DNA of 64,000 bases from the NCBI GenBank assembly GCA_964016885.1, contig OZ024746.1, positions 96,782,001 through 96,846,000 on the forward strand, read 5' to 3'. Shown here piece by piece: positions 33,693-46,622 of the stretch. The notes beneath the pieces are model-generated. The model was not told where the DNA came from. It saw only the letters and a list, made by a program, of their open reading frames with translations, and made no database searches. Numbering within the stretch: the first letter of the stretch is position 1; each line of letters starts with the position of its first letter. Source of the DNA: Eledone cirrhosa. Its lineage: Eukaryota. Made by a program: the position numbers and the translations under genes.

Positions 33693-35921
33693 TTATACTT
33701 CTCTTAGGTCAGTGTTGTTTGTTTGGGTGTTGTTGTTGTTCCACTCATTCTTTCTGTTTAGCTTTGGTCTTCTAATTTCTATTTCACTGGCCTCTCTGAT
33801 TTGCCTATCTGCTGGGTCATTCCTATGTTTAGATATTATTCTAATTTCTATGTTGTCTATGTTACCGTCATGATGTTGTCTAGCATGTTCGTATAGTACT
33901 GACCCGTTTTTTCGTCCTTTTAGTTCCCCCCAGTGTTGGTCTATCCTTTCACCTATGCTACGAGCTGTCTCACCTATGTATGTTGTTGTCGTGTTTCTGC
34001 AAGTACCCTCTGTACATCTTATGCTATAGACTACGTTTCTAGTTTTACAGTTTATCCGGGGGTTCACCTTACATATGATACATTTCCTATTAGTACAGTG
34101 GGTTTTCTTAAAAGGGTAGGTTTTGCTGATCAGGGATTTTATGGTGGTTCCTGGCTTTTCTACCACCTTTATTTTTAAGTGGGTCTTTCTCAGGGCCTTT
34201 CTACACTGGTTAGCTAATTTCCCTCCAGGGGTGGCGTCCACAAACATGACACTCTGATATCTCTGGTTGTCGTACCATGATGTGGCCTTCCCTATCTTAT
34301 GTCTAGCCCTATCTAAGCTATTCCCTGATTTGCTCCTGTATAGTGGGCAAATTCCTTTCATGTCCAGTTCTATGAGGGTCTTATACTTTTCCATGGCTCC
34401 TTCGTATACTCTGACTCTGTCTCTTTGGTTGTAGCCAGAGAACTGCATGCGGTTGATGAAGTGTTGGATGTGTCCTTCCATTTCTGTTGGGTCGCACATG
34501 CTGGACACATTCTTCATCACTCGTACCAAATCTGCGATCAGAATGTTAAACTTAGCACTACTGGACATTGCTGAGTTTTTGAGTATCAGGTATTTGGAGG
34601 CCATGGGTTTAGCATAGTGTGAGTGGAGAATTTGGGCTCTCTCGTCTATCGTGTTAATCCAGAGTTCTGTGTCTAATACAGGTAGTCTATTGTTAGGGTG
34701 TTTGGAAGGGAAGTCTATAGTTACAGTTATACTCTGGTGTATGGAATTAGCTATCTGCTGGATGCTTTCCATCGTGCTACGTTCTAAATCAAACTTGTTA
34801 GTGCTCTCTAGTGGGGGTGTTCTTATAACTATATTGATATCGTCTACATAACGAGAGTACATGATGAGGTCTATGGAGCTTTCATTAAGGAGATCTTTAA
34901 GTCTCCTTTCCCACCATACCATGAAAAGGTTGGCAACATCGCCAGCTATGCTGACGCCGATGGCTGCTCCCTCATTTTGGGTGTAGATTTTCTCATTGAA
35001 CTTAAATATGTGGCCCTTTAGGGTAGTTTTGATACTAGCCCCTATTGCATGTGCGACCATTTTTCTTACCTGATCAGTGTTTTGGGGGGTCCGTATAGCT
35101 TTGGTCCACCCAATCCACCTTCCTATGGGAGTCTTTTTAGCCATTGAGGTTATGGTGGGGGGTCTACCTCTTATAGGTCTACTAGGGCAGAAACATCTAA
35201 GGTCATGGCTGTCTAGGTAGTCAGTGTCGTAGGTAAGTCTAAGTAGGAGGCCCAGTTCGTCTGTGTCGACGTCGCAGAACTCCACCTCACTCTCAATGAT
35301 CATCTCCACACATCTTTTCACAGCAAAATCAATGTTAATGGATGGGTACAGTGACACCACATCCATGCTGCCTATTATGCAGTTGGATAGGCTCCTGTTT
35401 TTGTTGCACTCACTGATTCTGCTGAGGAGGTCCTCTGTACTTTCACATACATCTGGGGACATCTTGATTATGGGGCGTATAACCATTGAGAGGAAGTAGG
35501 AGATCCTGTAGTTGCTAGCTATATTAGCTCCGCATACAGGTCTTGTTGGTGGTCCTATTGTCGGGTCGTCGACTGTCTTGTGGTCTTTGCGGAGCCCATA
35601 CAAGGGTGGTATGCCATTGTTAGACGCCTGGAAGTTGTTGGCAGTGCGTCTGCTTGGCTTTAGGATGTCAGTCCACATCATCATGTGAGCGTTGAGGATT
35701 TTTTCTCTCCCATCGTGTGTTAGTTGTGCAACTTCGCTCGTGTTGGTGATGTGGGGTTGCATTGCCTCGATGTAGTTCGGCATGCTATCTATTGACATCC
35801 TACCAGACTTATCTGTGGGTAGACACACTACCTCACCATCCCTTGTGCGCTGCTTGAGGCTAACCAAGCCTTCTACAGGTTTTATCCCAAGTTGTTGGGC
35901 CTCTGGTCTGCTCTGTCTCAT
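33693..35921 (-). CDS. PLE reverse transcriptase / GIY-YIG endonuclease (N-terminally truncated)
   Basis: LYGLRKDHK, GSMDVVSLYPSI, QNEGAAIG, RYVDD, LPVLD, a Cys-rich linker, VVYSIRC..YIGETARS..ER..H and RQIREA..LNRKNEW; 742 codons without a stop. Confidence 0.93.
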   Translation of the reverse strand: MRQSRPEAQQLGIKPVEGLVSLKQRTRDGEVVCLPTDKSGRMSIDSMPNYIEAMQPHITNTSEVAQLTHDGREKILNAHMMMWTDILKPSRRTANNFQASNNGIPPLYGLRKDHKTVDDPTIGPPTRPVCGANIASNYRISYFLSMVIRPIIKMSPDVCESTEDLLSRISECNKNRSLSNCIIGSMDVVSLYPSINIDFAVKRCVEMIIESEVEFCDVDTDELGLLLRLTYDTDYLDSHDLRCFCPSRPIRGRPPTITSMAKKTPIGRWIGWTKAIRTPQNTDQVRKMVAHAIGASIKTTLKGHIFKFNEKIYTQNEGAAIGVSIAGDVANLFMVWWERRLKDLLNESSIDLIMYSRYVDDINIVIRTPPLESTNKFDLERSTMESIQQIANSIHQSITVTIDFPSKHPNNRLPVLDTELWINTIDERAQILHSHYAKPMASKYLILKNSAMSSSAKFNILIADLVRVMKNVSSMCDPTEMEGHIQHFINRMQFSGYNQRDRVRVYEGAMEKYKTLIELDMKGICPLYRSKSGNSLDRARHKIGKATSWYDNQRYQSVMFVDATPGGKLANQCRKALRKTHLKIKVVEKPGTTIKSLISKTYPFKKTHCTNRKCIICKVNPRINCKTRNVVYSIRCTEGTCRNTTTTYIGETARSIGERIDQHWGELKGRKNGSVLYEHARQHHDGNIDNIEIRIISKHRNDPADRQIREASEIEIRRPKLNRKNEWNNNNTQTNNTDLREV

Positions 35922-36426
35922 AGGGGGGAACTAAAAGGACGAAAAAACGGGTCAGTACTATACGAACATGCTAGACAACATCATGACGGTAACATAGACA
36001 ACATAGAAATTAGAATAATATCTAAACATAGGAATGACCCAGCAGATAGGCAAATCAGAGAGGCCAGTGAAATAGAAATTAGAAGACCAAAGCTAAACAG
36101 AAAGAATGAGTGGAACAACAACAACACCCAAACAAACAACACTGACCTAAGAGAAGTATAAATAAATAAGTAAATTAAATTAAATAAAATAAGATAAATA
36201 AATACATACACAAGCACATAAACACACACTAGTCACCCAGCAGACACAACACTATACACACTAGTCACACATCACACATAACACTATACACACACGCAAA
36301 CGCATGCGCAAAGAAGACAAAATAAAATAAGATAAACAAACAAATAAATAAATAAATATATAGACAGACTGAACAAAAAAATGGCGTAGACATACAACAC
36401 AACAGGAGGAACAATGAATATAACAC

Positions 36427-36464
36427 CACTGACGATGTTGCAGATGTGCAACGAAAGATTTATG
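36427..36464 (+). ncRNA. Minimal hammerhead ribozyme in the inverted pseudo-LTR
   Basis: ca-CTGACGA-t-GTTGCA-gatg-TGCAAC-GAAA-gat-TTA-tg. Confidence 0.8.
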
Positions 36465-36669
36465 TAAACTATATATATATGTGTTTGTCTATATTGTATC
36501 TGTATTATTTTTGACCGCCGGTCAGTCAATGGCAACATTGAGGACCGAATAAGTTAGATCGCAGATATATACATATAAAAGACAGCGAGAAGCGAAAACC
36601 AACCAAACAGTGAGTGTGTTCTGTTATTAATTCTGGCAATATTACGCAAATATGACCCTCCCCAAATAT

Positions 36670-36700
<31 letters not shown>

Positions 36701-36701
<1 letters not shown>

Positions 36702-37420
36702 CGAAGTAATTGTGGTAAGGAACCAGATGGACCATAACGCACCAAAGTACTCAATACTTAAGGTAGTAGAGTGGGTAATAGGAACAAGTATGACCCCGAC
36801 GGCAGAGCTCAAGCCGTTTCGACGGCTAGAATGTCCCCCTGCGGACTTTGCAATATGGAGCTATTCCATATTTTAAAGGACGATAAGATGCTGCTTAACA
36901 GCAAAATAGAAAGATCAATTTTCTCTAGGCACAAAGCAGCTACCAAGTTCACAAATTTCAAACCAGCATGAATCGACCCAGCAAATACATACCACCACAC
37001 TGTTATTAGCTGTCAACTGACCGACAGGTCACTAGATCATAAATCTCCTAACATTTCTTTCACTCTCTCTCCCTAAAACCACATCAACCCCATTAAGATA
37101 AGACAATCAGCAGGCTAAACATTTTTTTAATTTATTGTTTTTTTATCTTTTATCTGTCATTTGTTACTATCTCGTATTCTCTACTTCTAACCCTTTGACC
37201 ACCATGTATGTATCTAATGTTGCTCTTCATGTTAATATTTCCTCCACCCTCACATCTTTATACAGACACTCACTCACCACCACCACTATTATCAACTATC
37301 GTATTCTGTACTTATATATTTTTTAAACTTATTTTTAAATTTATTTTTTTACTTTTTACATCTATAACTTCTTTACCTCTTTATCATTATACTTTATGAT
37401 TGATGTTATTGTTTTGATTC
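36701..37420. mobile_element. Family D PLE remnant: inverted end plus forward GIY-YIG C-terminus
   Basis: 36701-36829 is the inverse of 22173-22300. It is followed on + by CGLCNMELFHILKDDKMLLNSK..RHK, which resembles the C-terminus of PLE GIY-YIG domains. Confidence 0.6.
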
Positions 37421-37627
37421 TACGCTGTATCTATATATACCATTGCCATATATGAGTTCTGTAGTATTCTGGGGATTTGATCAGAGGTAAACACTGTATT
37501 TAAGGTCGAGTGACGCAACTTCGAGCGATTAGCGGCCTTTAGACACACCTGCTCAATGAAACAATTGTTAATACTTGAAATAAAGCCCCTTGTTGTAAAG
37601 CTGACCATATTATTCTTCAATCTTTCA

Positions 37628-37655
<28 letters not shown>

Positions 37656-37662
<7 letters not shown>

Positions 37663-38003
37663 AAGTAAGTCCTTCATCAGTGGCCTTCCAACCGTCCTAG
37701 GCATTTCATCACTTTAAGGGCCATATACCTCAGGTTGGTGCGAACAACGGCTAAAAAAAGTCGTTGGGACACGTAAATAAAGGGGACGCTGGGGTGAACA
37801 AACAAAATGGTTTAAGCAACAGAAAGTGAGAAGAAAGAGACAAGTCCCAGATTTCTATGAATATAAACTCGGTGAAATCGTGAACGAGAGACTAAAGACC
37901 ATCAAACCTGGTTGAAATGTGAGCAAGGAAGGAATTTCGCACAGGTCTAACGGGGGGAAGAATGGGTCTGCGAATTCGGTAAACATAAGTTCTGTGAAGT
38001 CGC

Positions 38004-38039
<36 letters not shown>

Positions 38040-38440
38040 AAATTCATACCGGCTTGGCCAAGAGGGCGCGAGAAAAGAATTCGGACAGGTCAAACGGGAA
38101 GAAAGAGGAGGAGGAGGAGAGGTAGTGACAGGGTATGAGTGAGTGAAAGTTGAGGAAGAGGCTAACAGAGAGAGAGAGACTGCTAGCAAGGGTAAAGAGA
38201 CAAAGAACGAAACAGACGGGTGGCAGCAGAGGAAAAAATATATGTGTAAATATGATAATAATGGAGCTACGGCGTTGCAACGTGTCACAACGACTTTTTT
38301 TAGCCGTTGTTCGCACCAACCTGAGGTATATGGCCTTTAAAGTGATGAAATGCCTAGGACGGTTGGAAGGCCACTGATGAAGGACTTACTTTTTCATATG
38401 TAACTCATTTGCAACGCTGCAGCTCCATTATTATCATATT

Positions 38441-38445
<5 letters not shown>
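37656..38445. mobile_element. Family B copies in inverted orientation
   Basis: 37656-37773 is the inverse of 38281-38399, and 38246-38280 is the inverse of the tail 38408-38443; (TA)n on both sides. Confidence 0.75.
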
Positions 38446-38501
<56 letters not shown>

Positions 38502-38942
38502 ATAGAAGGCTAGACAGGTGAAATTCTTTCAAATATTGATTTCAGCAAACGCTACGTACATTTCGGTGGCCAGGTTACATAACATACTGGTGACACCATC
38601 AGGTGTATATCGCATAATAGTTGTATAATAAAGGAATAAAGGTAAACACAATCCAAGGGGCTATAAGGAGAGAAAGCAGATAAAAAAAACAGAGAAAAAA
38701 AGTTCTTTACTTGATCAAGAGGGCCAGTTGTCAGTTTGGCTGACCACCAAAAGTTATTCCAAATATGACACTATATTTTAGTGACCCCAAAAGGATGAAA
38801 AGCTAAGAATGTAAAGAGCCAGAAGATATATGTCAATGATATTTTATATGATGCTCCACCAATTCTGTCAATCCAATGTCCTCTCAATGCAGTAATATTG
38901 AATACAGTAAGTAATATTATATGTTATTTATAATCTTTACAG

Positions 38943-39031
38943 ATATGCACAGAATATTCACGTTTGTGCTGAACTTCTCAATATGAGATTAGGAAGCCGG
39001 GAAAATAAAGAACTTAATCGTCTGCAGTGCA
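38943..39031 (+). CDS. Cys-rich gene exon 3
   Basis: tttacag| KYAQNIHVCAELLNMRLGSRENKELNRLQC |gtgagt, phase 2-1. Confidence 0.85.
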
Positions 39032-39642
39032 GTGAGTACATAATATATATTTCTATTGGTTGATACTCATCTCTATACCAGAGCAGAGCATGGTGTTATA
39101 CTCTGAATTAGTAACTATTGTATAACATACATAAATCTAGTTACAGTATAGATTCTAGCTTTAACATTGAGACATTCATAATAACAATTTTAGTTAATAT
39201 ATAAAACAACTATATAGGTACACATAATTTGTAAATTACAAATAGCAATGAACTTGTAAAATACTAGTTAGTATCTTTGGCCACTAGGAGTAACTTAGTA
39301 TAAATAAGATTTGGTCAATTATTCACATATTTTGTTTCAAATGATGCTGATCACATGCACATATTGCATAAAAAGTAGACTTATTCTTGCTAGTAAAGTC
39401 CATAGTACCTTCCTAGTTTCAGGCTAGATGCCATTACTTGCTAATAAAGTCTTTGATGTTCTTCTGCATTCTGGCTTGACACCATTTCTCTTACTTTATA
39501 TGTATACAAAAATTGAACTAGAATCCAACATACAGGAACATCATATAATTATTTCAAAGTCCACATATTATTTAATTCATGTTATGCTTTCAAATTATGG
39601 CATATCATTCTTTTCTTCTGTTTTTTTTTATATTTTTTCTAG

Positions 39643-39703
39643 AAAATTCATTTAAAACCTGCAAAGAAAGTATATCAAAGTGTACTTTAATGAGTTCCTG
39701 CAG
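39643..39703 (+). CDS. Cys-rich gene exon 4
   Basis: tttctag| KNSFKTCKESISKCTLMSSC |gtaaga, phase 1-2. Confidence 0.85.
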
Positions 39704-39922
39704 GTAAGATAAAATCAAATCTATGTGTTGTCATGTATTCCAGCCACTATATATCAATAGACACGTGGACATGATATCAAATGGACCACTAACAAAATAA
39801 CAATAAAAAAGAATCACAGGCAGCACTTTTAATTGTACCTGTTCTATAAAATAAAGGAATAAATATTAAGAATATTATACAAATGAACTAATAATGTTGC
39901 ACCTCAGAAAACAGATGTTCTT

Positions 39923-40148
39923 TTAACCCTTTAGCATTTAAACTGGCCATATCTGGCCAGAATTCTCTCACCTCTTTCTGTTCTAACTGGTCATAATCAG
40001 CTGCTCATACCAACATTAAGGTATTATTCTCAAAATAAATATCAAAATCTCATATTTTCAATATTATGTGGGATAATTATGTGAGATAAAGCCTTGTCTG
40101 TGAAAATACAATAGTAAATATGGAGTTATATTAATACTAAAGATTTAA
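39923..40148. mobile_element. Degraded piggyBac-like MITE
   Basis: TTAA-CCCTTTAGCATT at the left end and imperfect AATACTAAAGAT-TTAA at the right end. Confidence 0.5.
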
Positions 40149-40352
40149 TCAATATTACCAGAACATGAAAATCAAACATCCAGCTATATGTAACTACTAC
40201 TGGGTGCATTCAATATAATGTGCAAATCAAAATAGCCACATGGAAGATGTATATGGAAGGTTGTATAAACTTTCAATTATAGTATTTGAGGAATTTGATT
40301 ATGTTGTTTATGTTGCTGTTGAGTGATAATTCATATATTTCTACTTTTTCAG

Positions 40353-40441
40353 TGGACTTAACACCATGAGCAATTGTCTGTATAAACGAGGTTGTACGGC
40401 CCATTTTGAGCTGCTGAATAATTACTACAGTGACTGCTATA
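40353..40441 (+). CDS. Cys-rich gene exon 5
   Basis: tttttcag| SGLNTMSNCLYKRGCTAHFELLNNYYSDCY |gtaggt, phase 2-1. Confidence 0.85.
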
Positions 40442-40939
40442 GTAGGTCTCCTTTTATTTAATGCCTTCAAATATATTATGTAAGAAAGGGAGTAAAAAAT
40501 AGATAAACGAAGATAAAATTTCAATAATATAATTTTGTATAAAGCTTTGAGAGAACCTGGTATTTTTTCCAGTGTGTTTTAGACCAGCAGTCATATGTCA
40601 TATTGTTGATAGATGATACATATGTGTAAAATTCTTTAATGGAAGTTAGTTCTTTACAGAGGAGAAACATTTTTAGGGGTGTTATAAAATATATATTTAA
40701 CCAAATATTATTTTTTGGTTTATTACTAATAAAACATAAAAATTTTCAAATAATGTCCAATTATTTCTGCAGACCAACAAAATTTTCTCTCGGACCACAA
40801 GTTCGCGACCTCTGTTTTAGACTACAATAAGGAAATCAAAATGTAATTTTTTTATATATCTTAATTTTGAGTTGGTATAGCATTTATCTCTTAGAGATAT
40901 TTATTTTATCACTGATAGGGTGTGTTTTACTAATAGTGA

Positions 40940-41250
40940 AGTCACATGACTTAGTGGTCAGGATGTTTGGTTCATGATCATAAGGTGATGAGTTCAATTC
41001 CCAGCAGCATATTGTGTATTTCAGTGAAATATTTTATTATTGATTGTTGCTGCAGTTCACTCATTTGGGAAAAAGGAGTTGTATTGACAATTCTAAGGGC
41101 CAGCCTTATCCCACACAATGTCTTCCTGAGATCTACTTTAATGGTACATGTGTCTTTGGAATATTCAGTTACTCACATGGTAATTTGATGAACTGACAGT
41201 TCTGTAGTCTAAACAACTAGAACATTCATTGTACGAACTAATGGAGATCC
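40940..41250 (+). mobile_element. Degraded tRNA-derived SINE (family 2)
   Basis: A-box-like TGACTTAGTGG and B-box-like GAGTTCAATTCC; similar to 50034-50348 and to the reverse complement of 42000-42270. Confidence 0.65.
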
Positions 41251-41408
41251 AACACACAAGTATAGTTTCTAATTATTATTATATTTAATTTATCTTATTA
41301 AGTTTACATTAAATATTTTCAAATAATTCATAATTCATTCCTAAAATATCTAACAATACTAAAAGATATGTTATTTTATGAGTGTATTCAATGTTTATTT
41401 ATTTTTAG

Positions 41409-41484
41409 AAAAGAATTGTGTATCCATAGATGTCACTGAATGTAAAAAAACACCACTTGACAAAACCGACAAAGCTGAATGTCA
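41409..41484 (+). CDS. Cys-rich gene exon 6
   Basis: tttttag| KKNCVSIDVTECKKTPLDKTDKAEC |gtaagt, phase 1-2. Confidence 0.85.
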
Positions 41485-41732
41485 GTAAGTGAATCAATAA
41501 ATTTCTATATCTACTTAAATAAATTGGTGGTTTTGTCAATTTGTATTCTCATGGTAGTGGTGAATTGGCAGTCATTAACAAGTTGGATAGAATGCTTTCC
41601 ATTGTTCTAAGGTCAATCAAGTACAAGTCTGGTACAAGGGTTGATCCTTTCTCTTTATCTTTCTCACACTTTCTCTCTCTTGCTCTTTCCTCTTTTTCTC
41701 GAATAAATTAACTGTGTTTCGACTTTGAGATT

Positions 41733-41909
41733 GATGGTATTAATAATATCTAAATGTCCAAGACAGTGCTCCTATTACTACATCAGGTATCAGGGGTGCA
41801 AGGATACAGGGATGGTATTAATAACATCTAAATGTCCAAGACAGTGCTCCTATTACTACATCAGGTATCAGGGGTGCAAGGATACAGGGATGGTATTAAT
41901 AATATCTAA
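41733..41909. repeat. 78-bp tandem duplication (2.3 copies)
   Basis: GATGGTATTAATAA recurs at 41733, 41811 and 41889. Confidence 0.9.
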
Positions 41910-42427
41910 GTCAAGATTTTACTTTTGAAAGGAGTCATAATTTTATTGTGTTGTAGCTGGACCTTTGCTGGTTTTGACATATGTTGGTGTTGTTTAAACA
42001 ATGGACTAGCTTCCTCAAGAATATATCATGCTAGTGGCTGAGCATTCCACACACACGTGTCCCTTAATGTAGTCCCCAAGGTGATTCAGCATGGTACAAT
42101 GTTTGACAAGGCTGGACCATTTTGAATTACAGGTACAATTCACTTTTACCAGCTAAATGGACTTGAGCAACAAAAAATAAAGTGTCTTGCTCAAGGACAC
42201 AATTTGCTGTTGGTAATTGAACTCTTGACCTTATGACTATGAGGGGCACACCCTATTTCTAAACTATGTGCCTTCTCAGTGTGTGTAAGAATTAAAACAG
42301 TCTTTTCATAGCTATTTTTTAATGATGAAACCAGGGTAATCTTGTATAAATACATTATCTTAAGCACAGTATTAATAGCACTTGTAATGGAGACACAGTT
42401 CTTTATCAACATCTTGCATTTCAATAA

Positions 42428-42938
42428 TCTATATATATAAAAGCAAGTCGGTCTGTGTGTGTGTCTGTCTGTGTGTCTGAAAAAAATCGATATTTGGGCC
42501 GAAAAATCGATTTTGTGGTTGTATCTGTCTGTGTACAAATACTAGGCTCCTTTGAACTTTTGAAGTACTAGGCAGATTTGCTTGAAGGAATGATATTTCT
42601 ATGTCCAGTGGATGGTCAACGTGATAGTGGCAGCGCTATCTTACACATAGGGTTTAGTCTACTGAAGGACATACGGTGCGTCTATTCCATCTTTATCCCC
42701 TTACTCATACCTACTACAGCAAGGCTGGACCTGAAATCATTCACGTCAATTAACTCAAGCTACCCCATGAATTGTTTTTATGTTGCCGTTTATTTCACTC
42801 AATCATGTCACTGTACACCCATTTTGTTAAACTTTTTTTTACAATTACATTTCAATTCTTTGCTCAATCTTTGGCTCTCTTTATACGGACAAACAGGCTG
42901 TCATTCATTTCCCGAGCAACACCGGGTACATCTGCTAG
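42428..42938 (+). mobile_element. Non-autonomous Helitron
   Basis: 5' end A|TCTATATATATAAAAG; hairpin CCCG-agcaacac-CGGG and 3' end CTAG|T; AT target with no TSD. Confidence 0.8.
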
Positions 42939-43248
42939 TCCCCTATAAAAGGAAATAACACTATATATATTTCTTTGGAGATACAAAATATTTATACATA
43001 TTGTATAAAGCTATGCTTGAAGCGAAATCCTATTTCTTTTTTATATATATATGTTTGTGTGTGTGCATGTGTGTGTGTGTGTGTGTATGTGTATATGTAT
43101 GTACGTGTATATATATATATAAAGTTAGTTCCACAAAAACTAAGCAAACCATCTTTGAGGAGGTACGTTTCACCCAATGGATTCTCAACACATCCTATGG
43201 TCTGAGTGTTCTACTTACTACAGATATAACCTCCTGCTGTTCTACCAC

Positions 43249-43328
<80 letters not shown>

Positions 43329-43332
43329 TATA

Positions 43333-43555
43333 TCATCATCATCATCATCATTATACGTCTGCTTTACACTGGTTGAAAGGGTTGAACGGGTCCTCTTCAG
43401 CATAGCATCTCTCCATTTGTTACGGTCCTTTGTCATCTCCTCTGTGAGCTTCAGCAATCTGAGGTCAGCTTTCACCAACTCTGGCTATGTTTTTCATGGT
43501 CTTCCTCTATTACATCTTCCCTCCACTGGGATTACTTGACACTTCTTCACCCATG
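43333..43555 (-). mobile_element. RTE-like LINE 3' end fragment
   Basis: (CAT)n tail and DLRLLKLTEEMTKDRNKWR; homologous to 43806-44020. Confidence 0.75.
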
Positions 43556-43805
43556 TAATAGTGTAATTTTGAAAAAAATGAAGTTATTAGTTCATCAGTA
43601 TACACAGTTTAACCATGTAAGCTGGTAAAAATTGTTTTAATCTGCCAAATTATTACTTGAAAACAACTACAATTTGATATATTATTAGTCTACACTTTTA
43701 CCATATAGAGATATATCTTGAGTTTAAGATATTACTATTTTTTAAAATATTCTTTAACTGTTAAGGTCATTAAAAAACACAAAAGGACATAATCAATAAG
43801 GAATA

Positions 43806-45943
43806 TCATCATCATCGTTTTACATCTGCTTTTCCCTGCTTGCAAGGTTGGGATGGGTCCTATTCAGCACAGCATCTCTCCACTTGTCACGGTCCTTCAT
43901 CATCACCTCTGCAAGATTCAGTGATCTGATGTCTGCTCTGACCACCTCCGCCTATGTTTTTCCTGGTCTTCCTCTACTGCGTTTCCTTCTACTGGGATTT
44001 CTTGGCACTTCTTTACTCACCGGTCATCCACCATGCGCATCACATGTCCATTCCATTGTGGTCTTCTCTCCTGCACACTATAACTTATCCCTCTTATACA
44101 CAGTTTCGCTCTCAACTCATCTATGCTTGGTCGGAGCATGCTTGCTTCATTTCTCTCCAGCCGTCGCATATCCTCTGCAGTTGCCCATGTATCACTACCA
44201 TGCAGCATCGTGCATCTCACACAGGCATCATATAACCGGCCTTTCATACGCAGGGAGAAACCCTTCTTTGTCAACAGAGGAAGCAGCTCCCTAAACTTCT
44301 TCCAACCCATCCTTATTCTAGATACTAAGGCGTCGGAACACACCCTCCCATGCTAATCTGATCACCTAGGTACCGGAAGCATCAACCACTTCTATAGAAC
44401 CACCTGCATTTCAAAAATGTGTCTATCACTGCAACTTCTACTGTCATATTTCCCTGTACATCTACTGATGGAATCAGCGTTTTGTCCTCTTTTCTTCTCA
44501 TCAACACTTTTGTCTTAGCTAGGTTCACTCTCAGTCCTCTTGCTTCCAACTGCTGTTTCCATAGCCAGAATTTATTCTCTAGCTCCTCTACTTATTCTGC
44601 TATAAGAACAAGATTGTCAGCATAGAGAAGTTCCCATGGGCAGCCAGTCTTAAACTCCTCTGTTATGGCTTGGAGGACTATAATGAACATGAGTGGGCTG
44701 ATGACCAAACCCTGATGTACTCCTACTTGTATTTGGAATTCCTCATTAAACTCCATTCCTACTCTCACTTAACTGACAGCACCTCTGTACACAGCTTGCA
44801 CTGTCCTCACAAGCCATTCCTCAACACCTAGCTTCCTTAGAGACCACCAGATGACAGATCGGGGTACCCTGTCAAAGGCCTTCTCTGGGTCAACAAAAGC
44901 TAAGTATAGTGGCTTATTCTTCTCTAAGAACCTCTCTTGTAGTTGTCTCATTAAGAAGAGGGCATCTGTTGAACTTTTTCCAGGCACAAAAATCAAACTG
45001 CATCTCATCTAATTTGACCCTTTCTCTAATTAGTTGCGCTAATATTCTTTCTGACACTTTCATAACCTGATCCATCAGTTTTATGCCCCTATAATTGCTC
45101 CTCTCCACGGCATCCTCTTTACCTTTGTAATAATTTATGAGAATACTGCTGCACCAGTCTTTGGGTATGACACCGCCATATATAGCTTGATTGATGATGC
45201 GTGCAACCAGTTTAATGCTTACTTTTCCTGATGCCTTCAGCATCTCAGCAACTAACCGCGACGGTCAAGCGGCCTTACCATTTTTCATTTCCTTAATTGC
45301 CTCTTGTACCCTATATTCATCACTCTCAATAACTGGTCCCTCTGTTGGGTCTACTGGGGGTAATTTCTGTCTCTCCCATTTGTTCTCCACATTCATCAGT
45401 CTCTCATAATGACGTTTCCAGACCTCCTTTTTCTGATCATTAGTGACACTAAGTACACCAGCATCATTTCGGACACACTTATCTTCAACAACATCCTGAT
45501 TTACACTGACACACTACCTTGCAATGCGGAATACTGCACATCTCTGATCTTCCCGTCGCAGAACATTGGCAAACCTCTCAGCCTCCCTGTGTGCTAAGTA
45601 CACCTGATGTCTAGATTCTCTCTTAGTGGTTGTGTATCGGTCTCTACTCCCACCATTTTCCCAAGCGTTCCATGCTAGTCTTTTGTCTCTAATGGCCCTA
45701 TCTACCGTGCTGGTCCACCACCAAGTCACTCTCTGTCTGGTCGGAGCTCTGCTCCAGCTACAAGTTTCTTCAGTAGCCTGCAGTAAGTTGTCATGTAAGA
45801 AATTCCAGTTATCTTCTATGTCATACGATTCTAAAACATCTTCTTTTTTGTCATACACATCTTGAAGGGCTTTCCTAAATTTATATTTTAGTGAAAAGTC
45901 TTTTAGCTTCCAGACCTTCCTTTTCCACACCTTCCTGTATGTC
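43806..45943 (-). mobile_element. RTE-like LINE, 5'-truncated and degraded
   Basis: VTWWWTSTVDRAI, IPKDWCSS..SNYRGIKL, PGKSSTDALF..YLAFVDPEKAFDRVPR and RLYDACVRCTMLHGSDTW; (CAT)n tail at 43806. Confidence 0.9.
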
Positions 45944-46515
45944 ACATTTTGTCTCTTGAATAGTTGAACAGAAATAGATTGACTAAGAGAACATTATATA
46001 AGGAGAGGCAGAGTGAGAAAAAGGGAAGGTATGAGCTAGAGAAGAGAAAGAGAGTGAAAGCAATAAAATACCAGACAGATGTCAGGGGATATTTAGATAT
46101 CAAAAAGTTCAAATCATAAAAGTTTCTTGTGAATGTTCTCAAGGGAATGCATAAATAACACTCTTGATGATGTAGAAAAATGTAGAAAATAAGTGTTTCA
46201 TTGAAAAATAATCAATCTAGATATTTTAGCACCTTATTTACATATAATTTGAAGTTGGTGAAAACCTTCAACATATTGACTTTGTATATAGGCCATTTTA
46301 CCATCGATTTTTTTTTATCATATATTTCTTAGCTTATATACGGTTTGTATATGTAGACACATGTCAATATATATTTGTAAGGTAAATGACACACACAATA
46401 AACAGATGAAACACAAACAATGGTTACAAGACACACATCTCATTTTTCTAGCCAAAAACATTATGTAAATTAATGAATATAAATGCTAATCAATTACATT
46501 TTTATCTCCAATCAG

Positions 46516-46622
46516 GGCTCTGGTTAATCAATATAAATGTGTTAAAAACAAACAAAACTATTTGCAGAAAGAATGTAACATGCCTATTGACTGGCATAAA
46601 TCATATATAAAACATGATTGTG
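46516..46622 (+). CDS. Cys-rich gene exon 7
   Basis: caatcag| QALVNQYKCVKNKQNYLQKECNMPIDWHKSYIKHDC |gtgagt, phase 2-1. Confidence 0.85.

Larger units (their letters stand above)
33135..36677 (-). mobile_element. Penelope-like retroelement, 5'-truncated, with inverted pseudo-LTR, inserted in (TA)n
   Basis: RT+GIY-YIG ORF; 33177-33931 is near-perfectly inverted at 35923-36677; a ~42-nt tail (33135-33176) is on the main copy only; (TA)n on both sides. Confidence 0.95.

Noticed and set aside
35892-36161. Independent 89-aa gene
   Set aside because: It is the inverted duplicate of the PLE ORF C-terminus.
38320-38400. Complete hammerhead in family B (CTGATGAAGGAC)
   Set aside because: There is no downstream stem II partner or GAAA, and the upstream GAAA does not give convincing stems in a permuted arrangement; left unassigned.
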